Source of the DNA: Spirochaetia bacterium
GTDB lineage: Bacteria; Spirochaetota; Spirochaetia; SZUA-6; Bin103
DNA length: 64,000 nt
Reading direction: 5' to 3'
Assembly: GCA_965203905.1 (NCBI GenBank)
Contig: CBDBDQ010000005.1
Location: forward strand, 6,336,001-6,400,000
Position numbers and translations under genes: made by a program. Position 1 is the first letter of the stretch, and each line of letters begins with the position of its first letter. The notes beneath the pieces are model-generated. The model made no database searches. It was not told the origin of the DNA and saw only the letters and a program-made list of their open reading frames with translations. Positions 8,441 through 18,874 of the stretch are shown here, one piece after another.

Positions 8441-10828
8441 TCAGGCCCTGGCTGCCTGGTAGCGCAGGAACGCCGGCAGCACCACCAGCGAGCCGACCGC
8501 CGCGGCCACGATGGTCACCGCCAGCAGTGCGCCCAGCCTGGCCACGGGAGCGAAGCTGGACAGCGCCAGCACCAGCAGTCCGGCCGCCAGCGACGCCGTG
8601 TTGATCAGGATGGCGCGCCCGGAGGTCGTCATGGTTGCCCGAATGGCGGCCTCTGGCCCGCCGTTGCCGCCGGAGCGCAGGCGTCGCGTGACGCCGACGA
8701 TCACGTGCACCGCATAGTCCACACCGGCGCCCACCGCCACGCTGGTGAACATCATCGTCAAGGTGTCGAGGGCGGTCCCGGTCAGCGCCAGGGAGGCGAG
8801 AATTACCACGATGCCCAGGGCCATGGGCAGCAACGCCAGGGCGCCCAGGGTCGCGGAGCGGAAGCCAAGGGCCGCGATCAGGAACACCAGCGCCACGGAC
8901 ACCGCAATCGATATCACGTGATCGCGCGCCAGCACCTCGGTGAGGCGCAACGCCGCCACGCTGCCGCTCCAGATGTGAAACGTGACGCCGGCCGGAAGCA
9001 GCTCGCGCGCAAGTCGCTCGACATGCTCCAGAAACTCCCGGAATCGGCCCTCCAGGAAGAAGGTCCCATGCTCGGCGTCGAACACCCGTGCGTTCATATG
9101 CAGCTGGGACCCGTCGAGGTCGAGCGGCGACGGCCCCTGCGCCACTCCCGCCGTCCGCCGCGCCGCCATCAGCCGTGCCAGCAGCAGCACGGCGGCGCGT
9201 CGTTCCGGAACCGCATGGCTGCCGGTCAGCGCCTGATTCATGCGCTGCAACTCGGACACGAAGGAGTAGCTCCAGCTCACGCCGGGCAGGGCCCGCACCT
9301 CCCGCTCGAACCGCTCCACCGCCTGCAGCCGCTGGGGATCGAGGAAGAAACCGGCCGGCACCGCACCCGACGCATCGCGCGGACCGGTCATGGTGACGTT
9401 GAAGTCCACGAACCCGCCGAGTCGGCGCTGCACGTGCAGGTTGCTGTCCATCACCGAGTCGGCGCCGCGGAAGAAGCGCGTGAAGTCGGTCTCGTAGCGC
9501 AGCCGGAGCGTCGCGAACCCGAGCAGGAGGAATGCCGCCGGCACCACGATGGCGATGGCGCGGCGGTGGCGCAGCACCCACGCCGCCAGCGCTGCCAGCA
9601 GCCGCGGCCGCCCGGCTGCCGCGGTCCGTGCCGCGGGCGGCCGCACCCGCAGCACCTGCAGGCAGGCGGGGAGAAACACCAGCGCCAGGATGGCGCAGTA
9701 GGCGATTCCCAGGCCGGTGATCACGCCGAATTCCCGCACCGCGGCAACGGAAGCGGTGGCCAGACCGCCGAATCCGGCCGCGGTGGTGACGGCAGCCAGA
9801 ATCACGGTCGCCGCCACTCCGGAAACGGCGGTGACCGGTGCCGCGAGCCGCCGCCCGACTGCGGCCGCGCTGGGCGGCGTGCCGGCGCGCGCCGTCGTGT
9901 CAGGCAGCAGGTATGCGGTGAGGACGTGAACGCTGTAGGCGCTGCCGAGGGTCATCACGAACGGCGGCGTGGTCACACTCACGATGGTGAAGTCGAGTCC
10001 CAGCACGCTCATGCTGCCGACCGTCCACACCGTGGCGATACCTACCACCAGCACCGGCAACATCATTGCCGCCAGCGAGCGAAAGCTCAGGTAGTAGGTG
10101 GCCATGATCACCAGCACCGACACCACCAGGAGCAGCGGCAGATCCGCGGTCAGGTGGTCGCGCGTCGCGGCGTCGATGGTCTGCATGCCGGCCAGCCACA
10201 CCTCCAGCCCCAGCTCGCGCAGCGGTCGCACCGCCTCCCGCACCGCCGCCAGCAACTCACCGTAGTCGCTGCGCAACGGCACGTTGAACAGCACCCCCAG
10301 CGAGGCCCCGTCCTCGGACACCACCAGGCCGCGGGCCAGCGGATCGGCCATCAGGCGGCGACGGAACTCCTGTGCCGCCGCCGCGTCCGCCGGCGCCCTG
10401 CCCTCCGGAGCAAGCCGCTCGACGCGCAACGGACCGTCGCGCGCGGTGAAGAAGAGGAACCGAAACGGGTCTACCGTTGCCGTGACCTCGGGCCGCGCCT
10501 CGATCCGCTCCATCGCGGCGTACAGCGCGGCCAGGCTCGCGGGCCCGTAGGTGTCCTCGCCTTCCAGCAACAGCACCAGCCAGTCGCGCTGCGCCCGGCT
10601 CTGCCCGTGGGCCTCCATCAGGCTGGTGATCTCGGAATCCTGTGGCAGCAGCTCGTCGAGGTTCGCGCGCACCCCTACCCGGGTCGCCTGCCACGCGGCC
10701 AGCAGCGTGAGCAGCGCCACCAGGGCGATGATCGGCAGCGGATAGCGGCCCGCGACATCCAGGCCCTTTTGCACCGCGCGCTCCAGCCACCCAGCGCCGC
10801 GAGAGGCGCGCGGCTCAGGACGCGGCAC
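8441..10828 (-). CDS. MMPL/RND-family lipid transporter (copy 1)
   Basis: Two repeats of TM + periplasmic loop + 5 TM; GSAYSVH and GVDYAVH motifs; GTG start after GGAG. Confidence 0.88.
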   Translation of the reverse strand: MPRPEPRASRGAGWLERAVQKGLDVAGRYPLPIIALVALLTLLAAWQATRVGVRANLDELLPQDSEITSLMEAHGQSRAQRDWLVLLLEGEDTYGPASLAALYAAMERIEARPEVTATVDPFRFLFFTARDGPLRVERLAPEGRAPADAAAAQEFRRRLMADPLARGLVVSEDGASLGVLFNVPLRSDYGELLAAVREAVRPLRELGLEVWLAGMQTIDAATRDHLTADLPLLLVVSVLVIMATYYLSFRSLAAMMLPVLVVGIATVWTVGSMSVLGLDFTIVSVTTPPFVMTLGSAYSVHVLTAYLLPDTTARAGTPPSAAAVGRRLAAPVTAVSGVAATVILAAVTTAAGFGGLATASVAAVREFGVITGLGIAYCAILALVFLPACLQVLRVRPPAARTAAAGRPRLLAALAAWVLRHRRAIAIVVPAAFLLLGFATLRLRYETDFTRFFRGADSVMDSNLHVQRRLGGFVDFNVTMTGPRDASGAVPAGFFLDPQRLQAVERFEREVRALPGVSWSYSFVSELQRMNQALTGSHAVPERRAAVLLLARLMAARRTAGVAQGPSPLDLDGSQLHMNARVFDAEHGTFFLEGRFREFLEHVERLARELLPAGVTFHIWSGSVAALRLTEVLARDHVISIAVSVALVFLIAALGFRSATLGALALLPMALGIVVILASLALTGTALDTLTMMFTSVAVGAGVDYAVHVIVGVTRRLRSGGNGGPEAAIRATMTTSGRAILINTASLAAGLLVLALSSFAPVARLGALLAVTIVAAAVGSLVVLPAFLRYQAARA

Positions 10829-11098
10829 GGGCGCTCCATGACGGCACCCGAGGCACACTCGGGAGCGGTCGATCGCCGCGGTCGGTGAAGGGCACGGTGA
10901 TGCGCGGTTCGTGTCGCTGAGCAGGTGACGGCAGGGCGGGCACAGTGTCACCCGATCACGGCCGGCGTGGCAAGGGATGGCGCCGGCCGGCCCGCCGGAG
11001 GCGCCGCCCCGCCACCCCGCCCCGCCGAACGAACGTTGCCACGGTCCCGCGGCAGGGCATATACTGCGTGCCTGCTCGCTCGGCGAGCGCTCTGTTTC

Positions 11099-12382
11099 AT
11101 GCGCATCTGCGTGGTCGCCCTCGGCACCCAAGGCGATGTCCGGCCGCTGCTAGCCCTCGCCGCCGGGTTGCGGGCCACGGGCGAGCGCGTCACGGTCGCC
11201 ACTCACCGCTACTACGAGCAGATGGTTGCCGCGCGCGGCCTCGACTTCGAGCCGATCGAGGGGAACCCGCGGGACATCATAGACAGCCGACTGGGCCGGG
11301 GCTGGGTGCAAACCGGCACCAATCCGCTGCTGTTCACCCGCTACCTGCGCGCGCTTGCCGGCTCGCTAGGGCAGGAGCTGATGGTGGATTGCTACCGGGC
11401 GTGCCGCGGCGCCCAGGCCATCGTGACCGGACTGCTCGGCTACTTCGCCGCCTGCCACGTGGCGGAGCGGCTCGAGGTACCGTTGGCCGCGGCGTTCCTG
11501 CAGCCGGTCACCCCGAGCCGGCACCTGCCGTCGGTGTTCTTCGCCGACATCCGCGCACCCGCCCCGGCCCGGCGCTGCTACAACTTCGCCAGCCACTTCC
11601 TGGTCGAGCTGATGATCTGGAGCGTGCTGCGGCGCGAGGTGAACCGCGCCCGCGCCAACGTGCTCGGGCTGCCGGAAGTACCCCGGCTGAGCACCTTTGC
11701 GCGCTACCTGCGCGACCACCTGGTGCTGTACGGGTTCAGCCCCACCGTGCTGAGCCCGCCTGCCGACTGGCCGGACGGGGTACGGGTGACCGGTTACTGG
11801 TTTCTCGATGAGACCGGCTCCGACTGGCGGCCCGACGCTGCGCTCACGGCGTTCCTGCAGCGCGGAACGCCCCCGGTCTACGTCGGTTTCGGCAGCATGA
11901 GCGGCGCCCAGGAAGACGCTCTCACGACCATTGTGCTCGCCGCGCTGCGACGCTGCGGGCTGCGCGGGGTCCTCGCCACCGGCTGGGGCGGACTCGGGGC
12001 CGCACAGCTCCCGGACGACATGCTGATGCTGGACTGGGTGCCTCACGACTGGCTGTTTCCGCGCACCGCCGCCATCATCCACCACGGCGGAGCGGGTACC
12101 ACTGCCACCGGACTCCGCTGCGGCGTGCCTCAGGTGATCGTGCCGTTCTTCGGCGACCAGCACTTCTGGGGGCAGCGCATCAGGGAACTGGGGGTGGGGC
12201 CGGCCCCGGTGACCCGGCGCCGGCTGACCGCCGACCGCCTGACCGCCGCACTGACCGAGGCCACTACCGATCCCGCGGTGCGGGAACGGGCCCGCGCCGC
12301 CCGCACCCGCATCCGCGCCGAGGACGGTGTGCGGACCGCGGTAGCGGTGTTCCGCAATTCACTGCAAGGAACAAGACGGTGA
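11099..12382 (+). CDS. GT1 sterol/lipid glycosyltransferase-like protein (copy 1)
   Basis: GTQGDVRP, VYVGFGSM, HHGGAGTT, PFFGDQ. Confidence 0.9.
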   Translation: MRICVVALGTQGDVRPLLALAAGLRATGERVTVATHRYYEQMVAARGLDFEPIEGNPRDIIDSRLGRGWVQTGTNPLLFTRYLRALAGSLGQELMVDCYRACRGAQAIVTGLLGYFAACHVAERLEVPLAAAFLQPVTPSRHLPSVFFADIRAPAPARRCYNFASHFLVELMIWSVLRREVNRARANVLGLPEVPRLSTFARYLRDHLVLYGFSPTVLSPPADWPDGVRVTGYWFLDETGSDWRPDAALTAFLQRGTPPVYVGFGSMSGAQEDALTTIVLAALRRCGLRGVLATGWGGLGAAQLPDDMLMLDWVPHDWLFPRTAAIIHHGGAGTTATGLRCGVPQVIVPFFGDQHFWGQRIRELGVGPAPVTRRRLTADRLTAALTEATTDPAVRERARAARTRIRAEDGVRTAVAVFRNSLQGTRR

Positions 12383-13389
12383 TACTGGTTACCGGCGCCT
12401 CCGGCATGATCGGCGGTGAGCTGGCGGCACAGCTCGCCGCCGCCGGCGTGCCGGTGCGCTGCCTGCTGCGCCCGTCGAGTGACAGCTCGCGGCTCGCGGA
12501 TCTTGGGGTGGAGGTGGTGCGCGCCGACCTCGACGACCCGGCCGCCATCGCCGCGGCGGTGGCCGGAGCGTCCCGCGTGTACCACGTCGCCGGTTATCTG
12601 CACGCCGGGGCGCCGTTCAGCGCCGGCGAGGACTATGCGCCCTATCGTGCGGCCAACGTCGACCTCACCGCCCGCCTGCTGGCCGCCAGCGCGGATGCCG
12701 GTGTCGAGCGGTTTCTGTTCGCCAGCACCGTCGGCGTCTACGGGTCCGCGGCCGTTTCGCCGGTCGCTGAAGACAGCCCCACCGAGCCGTTCTCCGCTTA
12801 CGGCCGCTCGAAGCTGGAGGCGGAGGGACTGGTGCGCGACTACGCACGCCGCGGCCTCGACACGACCATCGTACGTCCCAGCGCCACCTACGGGCCGGGG
12901 GACCGCCACTTTCTGCCTGCCGCGTTGGCGCTGGCACGCAAGCGCCGAATCCCGCTGGTCGACGGCGGGCGCCACCTGGTGGACTTCGGCTACGTCACCG
13001 ACGTCGTGCGCCTGATGGTGCTGGCAGGCGACTCGGCGGCGGCCAGCGGCAGGACCTACAACGCCGCCTCCGGGGCTCCTCAACCCCTGCGCGACCTGTT
13101 CGCGGCGTACGCCTCCCTGACCGGGCAGCGGCCGCCCGCCATCATTCCCGTGCCGGCCGGCGTGTGCCGCGCGTTGGGTCCGCTGCTGCATGCCGCCGTG
13201 CGCCTCGTCGCACCTGAAATGAGCGCCCTGGTGACGCGTGAGGGGCTGGGCTACCTGGCGCGGGACGTCAGCTACGACATGACACGGGCGCGCGCGGACC
13301 TCGGCTTCCACCCGCAGGTCGACTTCCGCACCGGGCTGGCCCTGACGCTGGAGTCACCAAGGACACTCCGTGACACGGAAAGACCATGA
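12379..13389 (+). CDS. Extended SDR, NAD-dependent epimerase / 3-beta-HSD-like
   Basis: TGASGMIG, YGRSK, RPSATYGPGD; GTGA overlap with GT1. Confidence 0.88.
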   Translation: MILVTGASGMIGGELAAQLAAAGVPVRCLLRPSSDSSRLADLGVEVVRADLDDPAAIAAAVAGASRVYHVAGYLHAGAPFSAGEDYAPYRAANVDLTARLLAASADAGVERFLFASTVGVYGSAAVSPVAEDSPTEPFSAYGRSKLEAEGLVRDYARRGLDTTIVRPSATYGPGDRHFLPAALALARKRRIPLVDGGRHLVDFGYVTDVVRLMVLAGDSAAASGRTYNAASGAPQPLRDLFAAYASLTGQRPPAIIPVPAGVCRALGPLLHAAVRLVAPEMSALVTREGLGYLARDVSYDMTRARADLGFHPQVDFRTGLALTLESPRTLRDTERP

Positions 13390-13471
13390 GAACGGCGCGT
13401 GGGGCAGTGCACGGTGGCCGCCACTTTCGCGTTAGGCCGCCCGCGCCTGACGCGGCGGGAACGGGGCGCCG

Positions 13472-15493
13472 TCAGAACCGGTAACTGGCGCAGGCGACCT
13501 CGATGCCCGGCCCCACCGCCAGAAACAGACCCAGAGCTCCGGCCGGCATGGCGCGCCCCCGAATTGCTTCCCAGCCGGCGGCGGCCGCCGAGGTGAACAG
13601 ATCCTCCGTCCCACAGGCCACCAGCCGGTCGCGCTCCACCTCCAGAGCGGCGGCGAGGCGGGTCAGGAACTCGGGCGAGAGTTGTGGCGGAAAGATCACC
13701 GCGAAATCGTCCAGGGTGCGCTGCTCCCGCCGCAGCATGGCGTGTACGCTCTCGACCAGCGCCTCCAGGTAGCAGTCCTGCAGCCCGGCGTCGCTGACGA
13801 TCCGCAACCGCGGCGGTCCGGAGGTATCGGTCTGCGCGGAGGAGCGAAACCGTTCCAGGTCCTCTGGACGACTGCCGAAGTAGAAGCTGCAAAACCCCGT
13901 CGCATCCCCACTACGCTCCAACACCAGGGCCGCCCCCGCGTTGGCAACAGGCAACGGAGGCTGTCCGGACACCGGCGTCTCGCCGAACTCCGAGGCAGTC
14001 ACCACGCCGACCCCATCGCGGGACAGCAGCAGGCGGCCCGCCACCTGACATGCCATCAGCACGCCGGGCGGGCCGTTCATCAGGTCGAACGCCAGCACCG
14101 GTCGCGTGCCCGCGTCGGTGCAGGAGCCCCTGAGCCCGAGTTCACGCGCCACCAGCGTCGCCAGCGCGGGCTCGGAAACGAACGCCTCGCGATAGATGCC
14201 GGAGTACAGCAGCAGGCCGAGGTGCCGGTCGCCGGCCGCCGCCGCGTCCAATGCACGTGCCACGGCGCTCGCCGCCAGCTTCACATTGCCGCGCTCCGCG
14301 GAGTCTGCACCGGTGGCCGTCGCTGCCGCCCCGATGCGTACCCGTTCCCCGACGGGTATCGCCTGGTAGTAGCCGCCGCCGGTCGTGTCACCCGCTTGTT
14401 GCGCCGTTGCGGGCGACTGCTGCGAAGATCGTCCATTGGCGCTTCCGGCGGCGAAGCTGCCCACCCGATACTGCGCCAGGCCGATGGTGATGCCGGAGGC
14501 CTGGATGCTGAACAGCACCCGCTGGCCGGGCTGTATCGCGGTGTCGTCGATCAGATCCTTGAGCGCCACCCAGTGCGATGTCGTCGCCGTGTTCCCCCGG
14601 TGCTTGAGGTTGTCCACCATGTTGCCCGTGTGACACACCGTGCGGCCGAAGCGGCGGTTGGTCATGCGCGTAGCTTCCTTGATGGAGTTGGACGAAGTCT
14701 GATGCGGTATGAAGTACCGCGGATCGTCCACCACCCGGCCGCCGGTCACCAGCGCGTGATAGTGTGCCACGATGTCGCTCAGCGCGGCCCGCGCCAGGGC
14801 CACCGAATCGGTGAACATGATGGCGCCGTGGGTCTCCGCGGAATGGGCGATGCACAGGTCGGCGTGCTCCGGCACGGTGTACAGATCGAGGAACTCGAAC
14901 CCCTCCCCCTGCTCCAGGAGCAGGCAGATGCCCGCGTCGCCCAGCGTCAGGCACGCCAGGCGCTGGTCCTGAACTCCGCTCAGCTCGCGCTGGGCGGTGT
15001 CCGTGAGATGGGTGATATACTCCCCGCTCACCACCAGGGCGCGGCGCACGTCGCCGCGACGGATCAGCTCATCCACCACCAGGATCGCCGTGAACACTCC
15101 GGCGCAGGCGTTGCTGAGGTCGAACGCCAGGGCGCCGTGCAGCCCCAAGTGCTTGCGCAACAACGTTGCCGCGGCCGGCTCGAGGTTGAAGGTATCCGGC
15201 GAGTCCTGCTTGGAGATGTTGGCTGCGACGATCAGATCGATGGTGGACGGATGATGGCGCGACTGCGCCAGGCATCTGGCGACCGCGTGCTTGGCCAGGT
15301 CGAACGAGAACTCGGTCTCCCCCGCCATGCGCCGGCTGCGGATGCCGGTCATGCGCTCCAGCGGCACCAGCACCCGGCGCCGGCAGCCTTTGACCACGGC
15401 ACGGGTAGTTACTTCCCGCTCCGGCAGATAGACGCCCAGGCTCTCGACGCTCGTATTCGCGGATACACCCCAAGTCCCAGGCTGGCCCTTCAT
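13472..15493 (-). CDS. Tandem-domain 3-oxoacyl-ACP synthase III (OleA/FabH-like): active N-domain plus degenerate C-domain
   Basis: N-domain LEPA, DLSNACAG, TLGDAG, HQTS, GNTATTS; C-domain SEPALA, FDLMNGPPG without Cys; start uncertain. Confidence 0.82.
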   Translation of the reverse strand: MKGQPGTWGVSANTSVESLGVYLPEREVTTRAVVKGCRRRVLVPLERMTGIRSRRMAGETEFSFDLAKHAVARCLAQSRHHPSTIDLIVAANISKQDSPDTFNLEPAAATLLRKHLGLHGALAFDLSNACAGVFTAILVVDELIRRGDVRRALVVSGEYITHLTDTAQRELSGVQDQRLACLTLGDAGICLLLEQGEGFEFLDLYTVPEHADLCIAHSAETHGAIMFTDSVALARAALSDIVAHYHALVTGGRVVDDPRYFIPHQTSSNSIKEATRMTNRRFGRTVCHTGNMVDNLKHRGNTATTSHWVALKDLIDDTAIQPGQRVLFSIQASGITIGLAQYRVGSFAAGSANGRSSQQSPATAQQAGDTTGGGYYQAIPVGERVRIGAAATATGADSAERGNVKLAASAVARALDAAAAGDRHLGLLLYSGIYREAFVSEPALATLVARELGLRGSCTDAGTRPVLAFDLMNGPPGVLMACQVAGRLLLSRDGVGVVTASEFGETPVSGQPPLPVANAGAALVLERSGDATGFCSFYFGSRPEDLERFRSSAQTDTSGPPRLRIVSDAGLQDCYLEALVESVHAMLRREQRTLDDFAVIFPPQLSPEFLTRLAAALEVERDRLVACGTEDLFTSAAAAGWEAIRGRAMPAGALGLFLAVGPGIEVACASYRF

Positions 15494-15681
15494 GAATGGG
15501 TCGACCATAGCATAGTCGGCGCCTGCGGGACAGTCCCGCCGGCGTGCCCGGCGTGCCATCGGGGTTGGCGATCGGGTCCCGTTGCGTGCGGTTCGGGTCC
15601 GTTCCGTTTCCGTTCCGTGCTGCCCCATTGACCGGGAGCGGCAACGAGTGTAGCGTGACGCCCGCCCCGAAACCGCGGCCG

Positions 15682-17094
15682 ATGTCTGACTATCCAGCCC
15701 GCATTCGCGCCCTCCACGACCAACTCAGCGGCATAGCCGTCGACTGGGCCCTGGGCAGACCGGTCGACGAGGCGGCCGCCCGTAGCGTGCGCGGTGCGGT
15801 GATCGCCGCCAATCACCGCCACTACTACGAGCGGATTCCCATCTACCGCAAGCTCGCCACCCAGGCCGGGATCGGCGCCGAGGCGACCATCGAGCAGATC
15901 ATCCGCGAGATGATGTCCACCGATCACATCTTCAAGTCCTATCCGCAGGCGCACCTGGACAACAACGACTACGGCGCCATGAACGAGTGGCTGCGGCAGG
16001 TGTTCGACCGGCAGGTTGCGGTGCCGGTCGCCGACGTCGATTCGGTGGACGCCTGGTTGCAGCGGCTGCAGGAGGCGGGGATCCACACGGTATTCAGCTC
16101 CGGCACCAGCGGCCACATCTCCTTCGTACCGCGCGACGCGTATACCTGGTCCCAGCTCACCGGTTTGAGTACGTGCTACATCCCGCTGTTTCAGATGCGC
16201 CAGGGCATTGCCCGCGGCTGGGAGCGCGTCGCCGCCCGTACCGCTGCCCGGGTGCTGTCGCCGGGCGGGTTCGCGCAGTTCTTCCAGCGCCACGGGCTGC
16301 GCAGCTTCGACGGGTTCTTCCTCTCCTTTTCCGGCGGCACCCAGGGGACCCAGGTGGTGGGACAGGTAATCGCCCGCATGGTCCGTCGTGCCACCTTCCT
16401 GTTCGACCTGCGACTGTCGGCCACGGCGGTGCGCGCGCTGGTGCGCGGGCCGGCCGATGAACGGGAGCAGCGCCTGGCCGATGCGTTCGTGGAAGCCACC
16501 GTGCAACGCCGGGAGGAGAATTACCGCCGGGTGCTGGCGGCAATGCGCGACTCGGTCGCCGCCCGCCGGCGGGCGCTGGTGTTCGGCGCGCCGTTCATGA
16601 TCAAGGAGTTCTGCGACTGGCTGGTCGCCGCTGGCGAGGAGCTTGCGCTGCGGCCCGGCAGCATGCTGTTTCACGGCGGCGGCTGGAAGAGCTTCGAAGG
16701 CGACCGCATCGACGAGCCGGCGTTCCTCGCATTGGTGGAGCAGGCCACCGGAATCACCGCCGGCAACGTCAGCGAAGGTTACTCCATGACCGAGGCGCAG
16801 GTGGTGTTCCCGCGTTGCCGCGAGGGACGCTTCCACGTTCCGCCGATCACCGAGACGGTGATCTTCGACGACGCGCTGGAGCTCCTGGAGGGTGACGACG
16901 TGTACGGCGCGCTCGGGTTTCTCGACCCCTTCGCCGCCTGCTATCCGGGCTTCATCATCACCGGCGACAACGTGCGGCGACGGACCGATAAGTGTCCCTG
17001 CGGCGTTGGCGGGGTCACCATCACCGACATCGGGCGCGTAGCCGGCCGCGAGGTGAAGGGGTGCGGCGGCATCATGGCCGCCATGCAGGGCTGA
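15682..17094 (+). CDS. LuxE-like acyl-protein synthetase (ANL adenylating superfamily)
   Basis: FSSGTSG, HGGGWK, GYSMTE, IITGD, C-terminal GR..GREVKGCG. Confidence 0.82.
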   Translation: MSDYPARIRALHDQLSGIAVDWALGRPVDEAAARSVRGAVIAANHRHYYERIPIYRKLATQAGIGAEATIEQIIREMMSTDHIFKSYPQAHLDNNDYGAMNEWLRQVFDRQVAVPVADVDSVDAWLQRLQEAGIHTVFSSGTSGHISFVPRDAYTWSQLTGLSTCYIPLFQMRQGIARGWERVAARTAARVLSPGGFAQFFQRHGLRSFDGFFLSFSGGTQGTQVVGQVIARMVRRATFLFDLRLSATAVRALVRGPADEREQRLADAFVEATVQRREENYRRVLAAMRDSVAARRRALVFGAPFMIKEFCDWLVAAGEELALRPGSMLFHGGGWKSFEGDRIDEPAFLALVEQATGITAGNVSEGYSMTEAQVVFPRCREGRFHVPPITETVIFDDALELLEGDDVYGALGFLDPFAACYPGFIITGDNVRRRTDKCPCGVGGVTITDIGRVAGREVKGCGGIMAAMQG

Positions 17095-18693
17095 ATGACG
17101 ATCACGGTAGACTCGGCGGGCGTGATCCGGCTGCCCGCCCTGGTGCGCGGCACGCTGACCCTGCCGCCCGCGCTGCCGAAGCAGGAGATCGAGTCCGCCT
17201 TCGCCCGCGCCGACGGCGAACGCGCCGGCTCCGATCCGGCGTCCCTGGTCAAGTTTCCCGAGGCGTGGGTGCTGCGCGAGCCGATCCTGGAGCGCGACTC
17301 GATGCGCGCCAGCGGCGAGTACCAGTACCAGGTGATGCCCGCGCCCAACCCGCTGCAGTTGATCGAGGATGATCTCGACGCCCTGGCCGGCGAGCTGTAC
17401 GACCTCTCCTTCGCCAAGGTCCTGGACTACCTCGAGGGCCTGCAGCAGGCGTATGCGGGCGACGCCGCCATGCTGCACCAGGTCAAGACACTGATGCGGC
17501 AGACCTCGGAGGCTCCCGACCCCTACGTCGACGCCGGCCTTGCGGTGTTTCCGATCATGCTCGGGCGCGACGTGGCGGAGTCGATGGTGGATACCGACCT
17601 GGCCGCCTGGCAGGTACCGGGGCGCCGCTTCCTGGATGGCTGGGTGGAAGTGCCCGGCACCCAGTACCCGGCGCCGGTGCACCTGATACATGCCCAACAC
17701 CTGCCGCCGATCGCGGACTACGACCCGACCCGGGCGACGCCACGGATCCGCGCGCTGCCTACCCGCCAGCTCCACATCACCGCCGGCAACTCGCCGCTGG
17801 TGCCCCTGGCATCGCTGCTGCGCGCCATCTGGACCAAGTCGGCGGCCACCATCAAGCTGCCCTACGGTGCCACCCTGGCAGGTGCCTACCTGGCCCAGCT
17901 GGCGGCCAACACCTTCCCCGACCATCCCCTCACCCGCCACCTGTCGGTGCTCTACTGGCCGGGCGGCGACCGGCAGTTCGAGGCGCCGCTGTTCCTGCCC
18001 GGCCGTTACGACCGCATCGTCGTGTGGGGCGCCCCCAACGCGGTGCTGTCGGTTACCGAGCGTGCCGCCTTCACCAAGACCGTGACCTTCAACCCCCGTT
18101 ACGGGGTGAGCCTGATCGGGCGCGAGGCGTTCGACCACCTGGAGCAGGTGGTGAGCCGCGCCGTGTGCGACACCCTGATCCAGAGCCAGAAGGCGTGTAT
18201 CGCGTCGCAGATCCACTACCTGGAGGCGGACCAGGCGCAGGCGGAACGGTACGCCGCCGCGCTGCGCGATGAGCTGGGACGCTGGGACGGTTTTGCGCCG
18301 GCGGCGTTGAGCCGGCCGCAGCAGGGCCAGCTCCGGCGCATGAAGCGGGGCAGCTTTCTGGGAGCCACGTGGTTCGAGAACCAGTCCGGCGGCCAGTATC
18401 GCTCCGCCGTGGCGGTGATGCCCGACGAGTTCAACATCATGGAGCACCCGCTGTGCCGGCTCATCGTGGTGCGGCCGGTGCCGAGCCTGGAGCGGGCGCT
18501 GCAGTACCTCCATCCGGGAGTGGCGACCGCCGGCGTGTTCCCCGAGGCGCGGCGCCATGCGCTGAGCGTCCGCATCGGGGCGCGCGGGGTCAGCAACGTG
18601 CCGCCGCTGGGCCAGGCCGGCTACACCTACCCCGGAATGCCGCACGACGGCATGCTGGTGCTCAGCGAGCTGGTGGACTGGAAGACCGGTTGA
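17095..18693 (+). CDS. LuxC-like acyl-CoA/acyl-protein reductase
   Basis: LHITAGNSP, VLYWPGGD, VVWG, F.PR.GVSLIG, QKACIAS, PGMPHDG; abuts the LuxE-like stop. Confidence 0.85.
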   Translation: MTITVDSAGVIRLPALVRGTLTLPPALPKQEIESAFARADGERAGSDPASLVKFPEAWVLREPILERDSMRASGEYQYQVMPAPNPLQLIEDDLDALAGELYDLSFAKVLDYLEGLQQAYAGDAAMLHQVKTLMRQTSEAPDPYVDAGLAVFPIMLGRDVAESMVDTDLAAWQVPGRRFLDGWVEVPGTQYPAPVHLIHAQHLPPIADYDPTRATPRIRALPTRQLHITAGNSPLVPLASLLRAIWTKSAATIKLPYGATLAGAYLAQLAANTFPDHPLTRHLSVLYWPGGDRQFEAPLFLPGRYDRIVVWGAPNAVLSVTERAAFTKTVTFNPRYGVSLIGREAFDHLEQVVSRAVCDTLIQSQKACIASQIHYLEADQAQAERYAAALRDELGRWDGFAPAALSRPQQGQLRRMKRGSFLGATWFENQSGGQYRSAVAVMPDEFNIMEHPLCRLIVVRPVPSLERALQYLHPGVATAGVFPEARRHALSVRIGARGVSNVPPLGQAGYTYPGMPHDGMLVLSELVDWKTG

Positions 18694-18729
18694 CGGTACT
18701 TGGGGCGTTACACGGTGGGCGCTCAGTCC

Positions 18730-18845
18730 GGCGTCGAAACGCGCTCGTTATTCTCCATGACTCCAACTATCTCGCGTGCGGTACAGTTAGTCCACCGGGC
18801 CACGCCTTCGTCGATTTCTCCTTGACGCAGCCACTTGTCGCATCG
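18730..18845 (-). mobile_element. Possible IS3-family OrfA remnant
   Basis: Minus strand reads KWLRQGEIDEG, like the KW.RQA..D.G motif of IS3-family OrfA; lower-GC spacer between convergent genes. Confidence 0.3.
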
Positions 18846-18874
18846 TTAGTGCATCAACACCGTTTGCAGGATCC

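Noticed and set aside
15490-18645. Long antisense ORFs (also 8357-10888, 42448-44721, 48642-50093, 50205-52547)
   Set aside because: Shadow frames of recognisable genes in high-GC DNA, with no motifs.
15682-18693. Bioluminescence operon
   Set aside because: No luxA, luxB, luxD or luxG in the window; the context is lipid biosynthesis.
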